The notes: generated from the sequence alone by a model not told the origin. Shown: positions 16,684 through 23,740, counted from the stretch's first letter. The stretch is 32,000 nucleotides of DNA from Candidatus Methanophagaceae archaeon (GCA_003194425.1 PQXB01000001.1:400444-432443); one strand, 5' to 3'. Translations and numbers: made by a program.

Positions 16684-17280
16684 ATGAACACGAACAAAAA
16701 ATTCGATGGAAAAGAAGAGAACGGCAGAAGAAACAGTGGTAGTTGTAAAGAGAGCAGTAGAAGACTTAGAAAAGACGAGCGGGCAGTCTCGCCGGTTATT
16801 GGAATTATTCTGATGATCGCGATCACAGTCGTAATCGCGGCGGTCGTGGCTGCTTTCGCTTACGGTCTGATCGGCAACGTAGACACAGCACCAAGTGCGG
16901 CACTGGTCGTTGATGGCGCTCAGGAAGGGAAACCAGAGTTTACCGTGCTTCATCACGGCGGAGAAATAATAACTCAAGCGTTTAGAGAGAATGTCCAAGG
17001 CGACTCTTGCTGGGATGAAATGGAAGTAAAACTAAACGGGCGGACTTTGACTTTCACTGACGGCAGGGTTGACGAAATATTTTTGAACGGTACGCCTTCA
17101 GTAGAGTCCCCGGCGGGTACAGCAACGGGGTGGGGAACTACGGTGTTTGCACCAGGCGACGAAGTGAAAATTACCCTAGATAGCAGCACTACACCACCAT
17201 TAACACTCAAGTCGGGCGACACAATTGCTGTAGTTTTCGTACCATCGGGTGACATAATGCAGCGAGTGACGGTGCCGTAA
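16684..17280 (+). CDS. Archaeal type IV pilin (Pilin_N/DUF1628-type N-terminus), paralog 1
   Basis: DERAVSPVIGIILMIAITVVIAAVVAAFAYGLIG is the conserved archaeal pilin N-terminal domain. The C-terminus SGDTIAVVFVPSGDIMQRVTVP is shared with paralog 2. Confidence 0.85.
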   Translation: MNTNKKFDGKEENGRRNSGSCKESSRRLRKDERAVSPVIGIILMIAITVVIAAVVAAFAYGLIGNVDTAPSAALVVDGAQEGKPEFTVLHHGGEIITQAFRENVQGDSCWDEMEVKLNGRTLTFTDGRVDEIFLNGTPSVESPAGTATGWGTTVFAPGDEVKITLDSSTTPPLTLKSGDTIAVVFVPSGDIMQRVTVP

Positions 17281-17335
17281 GCCGTGCAATAAAAAGCCGT
17301 GTAGCAAAAGACCGTAAAAAGTTGTAAGGGAGAAG

Positions 17336-17395
17336 AGAAGAAGAGGTGCTTCTTCTGCACTGCTCCCTTTTTTTATTTTTTTTTTTTCTTTTTAA
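17336..17395 (+). terminator. Hairpin plus long oligo-T terminator after pilin 1
   Basis: agaagaag (17336-17343), loop aggtg, cttcttct (17349-17356), followed by ccctttttttattttttttttttcttttt. Confidence 0.55.
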
Positions 17396-17398
17396 GAA

Positions 17399-17926
17399 AT
17401 GAGAGACAAGCGATTTTTTGTTTTTGAAAAAGGGAAGGGCGGGAGAAAGAGAGAGAGTAAGAGAGCGGTCTCTCCTGTAATTGGAACTATTTTAATGATC
17501 GTGGTAGTGGTCGTAATCGCGGTGGTCGTGGCTACTTTTTCTTACGGCTTGATCGGCAGAGAAATCCAAACCCCGAGAGTGACTTTGCTCATTGAAGGCG
17601 TTAAAGCTGGCAGTAAAAATGTAACAGTGGTTCACTACGGCGGAGAACCGCTAACAGAAGCATTTAAGAAACCAGCCACTCAGAACGGCTCCTGCTGGGA
17701 TTCGGTTCTGGTAAAAATTAACGGTATGACTTTCGATGCAAAGCAGGGCACGGTCGCGTTAAACGGCACTTGGGACCCTGCCGAGTGGGGGACTACGCGT
17801 TTTGAACCTGCCGACGAACTGAAGCTTGCTCTCTCTGAAACTGAGAAGCTTAAATCCGGGGATTCAATCACAGTGGTTTTCATTCCAACAGGCGACGTCC
17901 TGCAGAGAGTGAAGGTGCAGGAGTGA
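17399..17926 (+). CDS. Archaeal type IV pilin (Pilin_N/DUF1628-type), paralog 2
   Basis: SKRAVSPVIGTILMIVVVVVIAVVVATFSYGLIG. Conserved core (VVHYGGEPLTEAF...SCWD...KINGMTF) and tail SGDSITVVFIPTGDVLQRVKVQE are parallel to paralog 1. Confidence 0.85.
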   Translation: MRDKRFFVFEKGKGGRKRESKRAVSPVIGTILMIVVVVVIAVVVATFSYGLIGREIQTPRVTLLIEGVKAGSKNVTVVHYGGEPLTEAFKKPATQNGSCWDSVLVKINGMTFDAKQGTVALNGTWDPAEWGTTRFEPADELKLALSETEKLKSGDSITVVFIPTGDVLQRVKVQE

Positions 17927-17948
17927 AGGTGCAGGAGTGAAGGTGCAG
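17907..17948 (+). repeat. 14-nt tandem repeat x3 spanning the pilin-2 stop codon
   Basis: gagtgaaggtgcag occurs at 17907-17920, 17921-17934 and 17935-17948. The stop TGA (17924-17926) lies in copy 2. Confidence 0.9.
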
Positions 17949-17949
17949 T

Positions 17950-18030
17950 AAGGAAAAGAAAAGGAAAAGAAAAGGAAAAGAAAAGGAAAAGAAAAGGAAA
18001 AGAAAAGGAAAAGAAAAGGAAAAAGGAAAG
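17950..18030 (+). repeat. 11-nt purine satellite (aaggaaaagaa), 6 perfect copies plus a partial
   Basis: Read directly. Units start at 17950, 17961, 17972, 17983, 17994 and 18005, with a degenerate seventh. Located upstream of ftsZ. Confidence 0.9.
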
Positions 18031-18049
18031 TTGAAATGAGCGGGAGCGA

Positions 18050-18103
18050 ACTTTTATTTACAGGTATAAATAGAGATAAAAGAGAGAAGAGGAGGAAGAG
18101 GAG
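18050..18103 (+). promoter_or_regulatory. Putative ftsZ promoter (TATA-like) and purine-rich leader
   Basis: cttttatttacaggtataaatag with tataaata at 18065-18072, ~32-39 nt upstream of ATG 18104. A ggagg lies at 18091-18095. Confidence 0.4.
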
Positions 18104-19291
18104 ATGGAGAGAATGTTAGGAAATAATGCAGGGATCGTAGAGGGCGAGGGGGATTGTTTCGGGGTGCCGAGCATTTCAATTGTCGGCGTAGGCGGGGCAG
18201 GAAACAATTCAATGGACAGACTGGAGCAGTTAGGCGGGCTGAACAACATAGACAGAATCGCCGTGAACACCGACAAACTGCACCTGGATTCGATAACCTG
18301 CAAGAAGAAAATCTTGATTGGAAAATCGCTTACACACGGATTAGGAGCAGGAGGCTCGCCGGAAATCGGCAGGAAAGCCGCGGAAATCGACAGGCAGGAG
18401 TTGGAGCAGTTGCTGGCGGGCAGGAACTTTGTCTTTCTCACTGCAGGGATGGGTGGAGGAACAGGTACGGGAGCGTCGCCGGTAGTCGCGAGTGTAGCGA
18501 AGGAGGCGGGTGCGATCGTGGTCGCGATGGTCTCTTTCCCGTTTGAAGCCGAGCGGATAAGACGACAAAGGGCAGCAGACGGGATTGAGGAACTCCGAAA
18601 CACCACCGACACGGTCATCGTCTTGGAGAACGACAAACTCCTGAAATACTCGGGCAACCTGCCGGTGAACGACGCCTTCAAGACGATGGATATGCTGATT
18701 ACAAGCACGATTCAGGGCATTGCCGAGACGGTAACAAAACCCTCGCTCGTGAACCTCGACTTTGCAGACCTCAAGGCGGTAATGTCCGAAGGTGGTGTCG
18801 CAGTGATGCTCATCGGCGAGACACGGAAATCAGAGAACAAGCCCGAGGCGGTCGTCTCCGACGCACTCAGCCACCCGCTTTTAGAAGCGGACTACCGCGG
18901 GGCGAAGGGCGCTCTTATTCACATCACCGGCGGGTCTGACCTCACGATGAAGGAGACGACGGACATCGTAGAACTGCTCACCTACGACCTGAACCCCGAC
19001 GCGAATGTAATTTGGGGCGCGCGGATAAACGATGACTACAACGGGCGGGCGCGGGTGACCGCGATAATGACCGGCGTAGAGCCGAAGTGGATTTTCGGCG
19101 GGCGGTACGAAGTCCGAGAAGAGAAAGAGCGAGAGACTACCAATCTATGGAAATTAAATACAAGTAGAGACAGAGGAATCGGCAGAGGAGGTAAAGGTAG
19201 CAAAGGAGGTAAAGGTAGCGGAGGAGGTAGCGGAGGAGGTAGCGGCGACGGAGAGGGAGGAATTAAAAATATTATTTCCTTCATCCACTGA
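18104..19291 (+). CDS. ftsZ: Cell division tubulin homolog FtsZ
   Basis: IVGVGGAGNNSMDRL, GLGAGGSPEIGRKAA, and the tubulin signature GMGGGTGTGASPVVA. Ends in a low-complexity G/K/S-rich C-terminal tail (GGKGSKGGKGSGGGSGGGSGDGEGG). Confidence 0.9.
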   Translation: MERMLGNNAGIVEGEGDCFGVPSISIVGVGGAGNNSMDRLEQLGGLNNIDRIAVNTDKLHLDSITCKKKILIGKSLTHGLGAGGSPEIGRKAAEIDRQELEQLLAGRNFVFLTAGMGGGTGTGASPVVASVAKEAGAIVVAMVSFPFEAERIRRQRAADGIEELRNTTDTVIVLENDKLLKYSGNLPVNDAFKTMDMLITSTIQGIAETVTKPSLVNLDFADLKAVMSEGGVAVMLIGETRKSENKPEAVVSDALSHPLLEADYRGAKGALIHITGGSDLTMKETTDIVELLTYDLNPDANVIWGARINDDYNGRARVTAIMTGVEPKWIFGGRYEVREEKERETTNLWKLNTSRDRGIGRGGKGSKGGKGSGGGSGGGSGDGEGGIKNIISFIH

Positions 19292-19350
19292 AAAACAAAG
19301 AGAGAAAAAAGTATAAACTTATTTAAATAAGTACAAGAATTATTGTCAGA

Positions 19351-20268
19351 ATGGCAAAGACAAACAAGGCAGCGGGTTTGTTGTATCGGGGCGAATTTAC
19401 CTACTACGTGGGTTCAGCGATTTTTTCGGCGGGCATCGCACTCTTGGCACTCGGCACTGCGTTTATCGTCTACTACAAAATACACTACGGCTCCGAGCCA
19501 GAGCAGATTCTGCTTTCTACCCTTTTTATGGGCGTCGGCACTACGCTGGTTTTGGTGGGCGTAAATTTGATGATGCGGCAGACACGGTTCGGGTATTTTA
19601 TCGTGGCTGCGAGCGCTTCTCTCTCCCTGCTTGCTCTCCTCATTTTTAAACTCAACTACCCGCAGGACTGGTACTACCCGCTAATAAGTTACGGGCTCAC
19701 TCTTTACATCTCGGGGTTTTTGGTGCTGCTCGGGAACGCGTTTGCGAATGTGATTCTGTGGCTGATTGAGAGCAGGCCTGCGGAAATGCTGAGTAGTGTC
19801 TTGGGCAGGCGGCGGGAGGAGAAGAAATACAGCAACGAAGAAATAGAGCGGGACATTGAAGAAGCGACGAGGAAGAGCGTTGAACTCTCCGCCACGAAAC
19901 TGCGGTTTAAGGACTTGGGGGCTGTGCAGAATGTGCGACTCGGAAAGGCGTTCCGCGAGTCGCGGGGCAAGACAGTTAGGTTCAAAGACAGCATAAAAGA
20001 AACCGAGAGCTTGGGAAAAATAAAGAGGCCCGTGGAGCGAGTGCGGTCTGGCTCGGCGGAGGTTGAGAATATTTCAAAGAGCCTGGAAGCGGTCTTGAAA
20101 GAAGGAGCAGTTCAGAAGGGACGGGGTAGAGGCAGCGGCAGGGGAGGTCTGGGTCAGAGAGGACTGGGTCAGGGAGGACGCTTTGAGGAGTTGAAGGATT
20201 TTATTAGTGGCGTTGTAGAGAAGTTTTGCTCTGTTCTTGGGCTGAAGAGGAAGGGCAAAAACATTTAA
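19351..20268 (+). CDS. Four-TM membrane protein with a long charged/disordered cytoplasmic tail
   Basis: Four hydrophobic helices (YVGSAIFSAGIALLALGTAFIVYY; LLSTLFMGVGTTLVLVGVNLMM; YFIVAASASLSLLALLIF; LISYGLTLYISGFLVLLGNAFANVILWLI). Then ~165 aa of K/E/R-rich sequence ending GRGRGSGRGGLGQRGLGQGGRFEELKDFISGVVEKF. A 14-nt perfect palindrome cttatttaaataag (19318-19331) sits ~20 nt upstream of the ATG. Confidence 0.6.
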   Translation: MAKTNKAAGLLYRGEFTYYVGSAIFSAGIALLALGTAFIVYYKIHYGSEPEQILLSTLFMGVGTTLVLVGVNLMMRQTRFGYFIVAASASLSLLALLIFKLNYPQDWYYPLISYGLTLYISGFLVLLGNAFANVILWLIESRPAEMLSSVLGRRREEKKYSNEEIERDIEEATRKSVELSATKLRFKDLGAVQNVRLGKAFRESRGKTVRFKDSIKETESLGKIKRPVERVRSGSAEVENISKSLEAVLKEGAVQKGRGRGSGRGGLGQRGLGQGGRFEELKDFISGVVEKFCSVLGLKRKGKNI

Positions 20269-20325
20269 TTTAATCAGAGAAAATAGAGTAAAGCAAAAAA
20301 AGGACGAAAAGAAGGAGAGAAAAAA

Positions 20326-21402
20326 ATGGCAAAAGGATTGGATGTTGGGACGATGAACATTATTTGTTCAGAGAGAGAAGACGAGGATGTGGTTTTTACG
20401 CAGCAGCGGAACGCGTTTCTGGAACTCGAGTCTGGGGACTTGACGAAGACGATGTTGGACAGTGCGAACGTGCTTTACATTGAGAAGGACGGTCAGATTT
20501 ATGTGCTGGGCGAGGACGCGTTTAGGTTCGCGACGATCTTCGGAAAAGGGGCACGACGGCCGATGAAACGCGGGATAATTAGCCCTGAAGAGAAGGACGC
20601 GATCCCGATGATTCAACTAATCGTGGAGCGGGTTCTGGGCGAGCCGAATTATCGCAATGAGGTGCTCTGCATTTCTTCGCCCGCCAATCCGATTGACTTG
20701 GACATAAACACGCTGTACCACAAGAAAATGATGGAGGCGCTGGCAGGGCGAATGCACTACGAGACGAGCGTGATTGACGAGGGCTTGGCTGTGGTTTATT
20801 CAGAACTCGGAAGCTCCAGCTTCACGGGTCTCGGAATAAGCATCGGCGCGGGGCTGACGAATGTGACGCTTGCCTATTTAGCCACGCCTGTGATGTCGTT
20901 CAGCATCGGCAGGGGCGGGGATTGGATTGACGAGCAGGTCTCGAGCACGACAGGACTCTCGAAGGAGCACGTCTGCGCGACGAAGGAAAGCGGGTTCAAG
21001 ATGGGCTTGGGCTCGGAGGTTGAGTTCGGCAGTCCCGAGGGGGCGCTCTCGATTTACTACGACGCTTTGATGACTTACCTGATAAAGAACTTGAACAGGA
21101 GGCTTGCGGAGATTACGCCGCCGAAGGTGGAGTTCCCGGTTGCACTCGCGGGTGGAAGTGCGACGCCAAACGGGTTCTTGAGAATGTTCGAGAAGAAGTT
21201 GCGAGACGCGAAACTTCAGATTGACATCTCAAATGTGAAGCGTGCCAAAGACCCCCTCTACTCGGTCGCACGGGGCTGCCTCATCGCCGCGAGGACGCAG
21301 GAAGGCGAAGATGTGAACAGTGGCGGTGGCGGTAGCGGGAGTGGTAGCGGGAGTGGTAGTGGTAGTGGTAGCGTGAAGACCACCGAGGAGAAAAAGGCAT
21401 GA
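20326..21402 (+). CDS. Actin-fold (ASKHA) ATPase, MreB/ParM/FtsA-like
   Basis: Phosphate-1 GLDVGTMNI. RRPMKRGIIS (compare MreB RPM[KR]DGVI). Phosphate-2 GLGISIGAGLTNV. SIGRGGDWIDE. Adenosine motif VALAGGSA. DPLYSVARGCLIAA near the C-terminus, then a (GS)n tail. Confidence 0.7.
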   Translation: MAKGLDVGTMNIICSEREDEDVVFTQQRNAFLELESGDLTKTMLDSANVLYIEKDGQIYVLGEDAFRFATIFGKGARRPMKRGIISPEEKDAIPMIQLIVERVLGEPNYRNEVLCISSPANPIDLDINTLYHKKMMEALAGRMHYETSVIDEGLAVVYSELGSSSFTGLGISIGAGLTNVTLAYLATPVMSFSIGRGGDWIDEQVSSTTGLSKEHVCATKESGFKMGLGSEVEFGSPEGALSIYYDALMTYLIKNLNRRLAEITPPKVEFPVALAGGSATPNGFLRMFEKKLRDAKLQIDISNVKRAKDPLYSVARGCLIAARTQEGEDVNSGGGGSGSGSGSGSGSGSVKTTEEKKA

Positions 21403-21532
21403 TAAGAAGGAAATAAAATGGAGACGGTAGGTAATTTTACCGGAAAGACTTGGGTCTAAGTTGCGGGCGAAAGCGGAAGCGACGGGCTACTTGTAAACTT
21501 TAAGAAAGTTTGATCAAAATGCTTCGGAAGAG

Positions 21533-21628
21533 TTGAGCGAGAAGTACCTTGCGGAAGGGAAGGAGCTGTTGAGTAAAGCGGACTTGGAGCAGGCGTCGGA
21601 GAAGTTCTGGGGCGCTGCGGCTTTAAAA
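21533..21628 (+). pseudogene. N-terminal fragment of a PaREP1/HEPN-like gene
   Basis: TTG-initiated SEKYLAEGKELLSKADLEQASEKFWGAAALKNL matches, from memory, the helix pair with the SEK.WGAAA motif of archaeal PaREP1-type proteins. The similarity stops at the A/T hairpin (21632-21650). The last 43 nt (21586-21628) recur at 23867-23909, as part of the 74-nt repeat. Confidence 0.35.
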
Positions 21629-21659
21629 AACCTTTCTTTAAAAAAGAAAGCTTTACCAA
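21586..21659 (+). repeat. 74-nt repeat, copy 1 (gene fragment + 8-bp/3-nt-loop hairpin)
   Basis: ggagcaggcgtcggagaagttctggggcgctgcggctttaaaaaacctttctttaaaaaagaaagctttaccaa is identical to 23867-23940. Hairpin: ctttcttt / aaa / aaagaaag at 21632-21650. Confidence 0.95.
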
Positions 21660-21785
21660 AGAAAAAGGAAGTGAATGTAGAAATGAAAAGAAGTAGAGGG
21701 GAAATAGTTGGGTCCGCCTTACTGGCGGCGTTTGCAGTGGTGGTGGTTAGTGCCGGAGTACAGCGTCTGCGTGCCGCTAACGGCA

Positions 21786-22073
21786 ATGCCTCTCTCGGTG
21801 CCAGCGGGGTACAAGGAGACGCTGGAGTACAGTTTCGCAGTGCCGGAATTGGGTGCGAAATGGTTCAGCAACGCGTTCCTCGTGCAGTTGGCGGAGACAG
21901 AGGCGGGCGGGGGAGAAGGAGCAGGTGGAGGAGGAGAGGTCTTGGATGCGGACGCTGCGTGCTGGATTTACCGTCCTGCGGGCAGGGGAGTAGAAGCGGC
22001 GCAGACGGCAGTAGGAGAAGCGGAAGTAGAAATCGCAGACGAGATAAGGAGAGCAGTAGAAGGGGTAAAGTAG
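21786..22073 (+). CDS. Small acidic protein, EYSFAVP family, copy A (95 aa from ATG 21786)
   Basis: MPLSVPAGYKETLEYSFAVPELGAKWFSNAFLVQLAETEAGGGEGAGGGGEVLDADAACWIYRPAG...EVEIADEIRRAVEGVK. The frame is supported by synonymous differences versus copy B. The stop TAG is followed by a hairpin and T-run. Confidence 0.6.
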   Translation: MPLSVPAGYKETLEYSFAVPELGAKWFSNAFLVQLAETEAGGGEGAGGGGEVLDADAACWIYRPAGRGVEAAQTAVGEAEVEIADEIRRAVEGVK

Positions 22074-22102
22074 AGTCTCTAAAAAGAGGCTCTCTTTTTT
22101 TT
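22073..22102 (+). terminator. Hairpin + T8 terminator-like element after copy A
   Basis: gagtctc (22073-22079), loop taaaaa, gaggctc (22086-22092; 7 bp with one G.U), then tctttttttt. Confidence 0.5.
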
Positions 22103-22119
22103 AGGAGAGGGAGAGAAGA

Positions 22120-22359
22120 ATGGCAATCGTAGAAGTGGATGAGGAATACAAAATACCATTAAAGCAGGTCAGCGTTAGCTTTAACATAAAACCTGCGGAT
22201 CGTTTTTTGGTACGAGTAGAGACGAGAGAGAAGATAGTTTTGGAGAAGATAAAGCAGAAAGATTCGCTTATAGAGATTATTGAAAATCCAGGACACACGG
22301 ATCGAAGAGGGGCAGCCCTCGATTTAAAAGAGCTTGAGGAAGAGCTGTGGGGGAGATGA
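22120..22359 (+). CDS. vapB: AbrB/SpoVT(MazE)-type antitoxin, VapB-like
   Basis: 79 aa. MAIVEVDEEYKIPLKQVSVSFNIKPADRFLVRVETREKIVLEKI fits the swapped-hairpin AbrB pattern. The stop overlaps the downstream PIN gene start (ATGA at 22356-22359). Confidence 0.7.
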   Translation: MAIVEVDEEYKIPLKQVSVSFNIKPADRFLVRVETREKIVLEKIKQKDSLIEIIENPGHTDRRGAALDLKELEEELWGR

Positions 22360-22772
22360 AAGTTTTTGTAGATTCCAATATCTTTATATTCGCGAATATC
22401 GCGGAATATCCAGAGCAGGAGACTGCAAAGGAGAAATTGAAGTGGCTGATAAATAAATCCTGCACGATTTTAGTCAATCCGATTATCGTTTCCGAAGTGC
22501 ATTACAAACTTTCCAGACTATTAAGTGCGGAAGAGGCGTACGAACGAACATTGAAAATAATTTCTTCGGGACACGTTGAGTACGTGCCGTTGGGGAAAGG
22601 GACGGTGCTAAAAGCGATTGAGCTCAGTCGTTCAAGGAAAATCAGGATAAACGATGCTCTGATCGCTCAACACGCGTTGGACTTGAATGCAGAGGGTTTG
22701 GTAACCGATAACACGAAAGATTTCGTTAAAGTGGAAGGATTGAAGGTTATCAAATTGAGAGAGGACGAATAA
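22356..22772 (+). CDS. vapC: PIN-domain toxin VapC
   Basis: MKVFVDSNIFIF (Asp-1), IIVSEVHY (Glu), INDALIAQHAL (Asp), LVTDNTKDF (Asp). ATG 22356 is preferred over track GTG 22347 because of the ATGA coupling. Confidence 0.85.
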   Translation: MKVFVDSNIFIFANIAEYPEQETAKEKLKWLINKSCTILVNPIIVSEVHYKLSRLLSAEEAYERTLKIISSGHVEYVPLGKGTVLKAIELSRSRKIRINDALIAQHALDLNAEGLVTDNTKDFVKVEGLKVIKLREDE

Positions 22773-22799
22773 GCTCGTAAATGGGGAACAGAAGACCGG

Positions 22800-23123
22800 T
22801 TGGCGTTGCAGTGGTGGTGGTTAGTGCCGGAGTACAGCTTTGCGGTGCCGGATTTGGGTGCGAAGTGGTTCAGCAACGCGTTCCTCGTGCAGTTGGCGGA
22901 GACAGAGGCGGGCGGGGGAGAAGGAGCAGGTGGAGGAGAGGTCTTGGATGCGGACGCTGCGTGCTGGATTTACCGTCCTGCGGGCAGGGAAGCGGGAGCG
23001 GTGCCAGTAGCAGTAGGAGAAGTGGAAGTAGAAATCGCAGACGAGATAAAAGAGGCGATTGAAAAGTGGAGTAGGGCTTCTGAAAAGAGGCTCTCTTCTT
23101 TTTTATTTTTTCCTAAAGCATAA
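22800..23123 (+). CDS. Small acidic protein, EYSFAVP family, copy B (start uncertain: TTG 22800 or GTG 22824)
   Basis: ...VPEYSFAVPDLGAKWFSNAFLVQLAETEAGGGEGAGGGEVLDADAACWIYRPAG...EVEIADEIKEAIEKW. Near-identical at DNA level to copy A apart from a 69-nt and a 3-nt in-frame indel. The stop differs, so the ORF reads through a degenerate terminator copy. Confidence 0.55.
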   Translation: MALQWWWLVPEYSFAVPDLGAKWFSNAFLVQLAETEAGGGEGAGGGEVLDADAACWIYRPAGREAGAVPVAVGEVEVEIADEIKEAIEKWSRASEKRLSSFLFFPKA

Positions 23124-23487
23124 CACTTTCAGAGAAACTTTTAAAATGAGGGTCTCCTGTTAGAACCTTCACGCCTTTAAATCGTGCAGAGGCAAGCACG
23201 AACGCATCTGCGAGACCAAAGTCTTGCATCGTCTTCTTCGCCTCGGCGTGAATTTTCGCAGCCTCTACTGCAATCTGCTCGTCAATCGGAATGACTGCAC
23301 ACCGCTTCACGATGAAGTTCCTCCTCTCTTCTGCCCTTCCGTCGGTTCTTAAAGATTTGGAGAATATTTCTGCGATGATGATTGGAGAAGTGTAAAGTTG
23401 CACCTCGGTTTCAACGACCTCTTTCACCCTCTTCCCCTCCTCCGTGCCCATAAAATATTCTATCCAGGCGAACGAATCAAGCAGCAT
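23113..23487 (-). CDS. vapC: PIN-domain toxin VapC (second module)
   Basis: MLLDSFAWIEYFMGT (Asp-4), IIIAEIFSK (Glu), LADAFVLASA (Asp), LTGDPHFKSF (Asp). Confidence 0.85.
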   Translation of the reverse strand: MLLDSFAWIEYFMGTEEGKRVKEVVETEVQLYTSPIIIAEIFSKSLRTDGRAEERRNFIVKRCAVIPIDEQIAVEAAKIHAEAKKTMQDFGLADAFVLASARFKGVKVLTGDPHFKSFSESVML

Positions 23488-23497
23488 TTACTTTATT

Positions 23498-23710
23498 CTA
23501 TCCTATCCTATCCTCACGGTCTCTCAAGTCTGACTTCTCTGTCCTCGCCATCGTCCCAAAAAGACTTTTCTTCGCTTTAACTTTGAAAAGAGCATCATAT
23601 AAGATTTCGTTTATCTTTTCTGACACCCCTTCTTCGCCCGACTCTTTTTTTAACGCCAGATATATTTCTTCCCTCAATTTAATCGCCTTTCGAACATACA
23701 TCGTTTTCAC
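23498..23710 (-). CDS. vapB: Small antitoxin (RHH/CopG-like VapB) paired with the second PIN toxin
   Basis: 70 aa, ending 10 nt upstream of the PIN gene. KAIKLREEIYLALKKESGEEGVSEKINEILYDAL fits strand-helix-helix antitoxins that accompany archaeal VapC. Confidence 0.6.
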   Translation of the reverse strand: MKTMYVRKAIKLREEIYLALKKESGEEGVSEKINEILYDALFKVKAKKSLFGTMARTEKSDLRDREDRIG

Positions 23711-23740
23711 CTATTCTTTTTACTTGGACATTAATAAAAG

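Noticed and set aside
16280-16998. ORFs 16280..16564, 16431..16826 and 16651..16998 in the pilin upstream region.
   Set aside because: They cross the tandem repeats and AT-rich promoter block, or are antisense to pilin 1, and have F/L/S-rich low-complexity composition. The 20-aa ATG ORF at 16502-16564 (MAVSEQHTEPRQRKCELKEM) is noted but has no supporting feature.
17950-18030. Possible CRISPR array, suggested by the regular short repeats here and the 36-nt repeats at 31395-31502.
   Set aside because: The units are directly abutting with no unique spacers. The 11-nt unit is far too short, and the 36-nt repeat lies in-frame inside mcm. No cas genes are in the window.
21533-22132. Long R/G-rich ORFs in the alternative frame across the acidic-ORF repeats. 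Track ORFs 21533..22132 and 22781..23062 have ATG/TTG starts and hydrophobic N-termini.
   Set aside because: Between copies A and B, all five differences in the conserved block are non-synonymous in this frame, against four synonymous plus one conservative in the other frame. The composition (RGGRGRRSRWRR) is typical of an out-of-frame reading of GAR-rich acidic codons. The frame also runs through the terminator hairpin. Only the short hydrophobic leader part may be real; see the micro-ORF finding.
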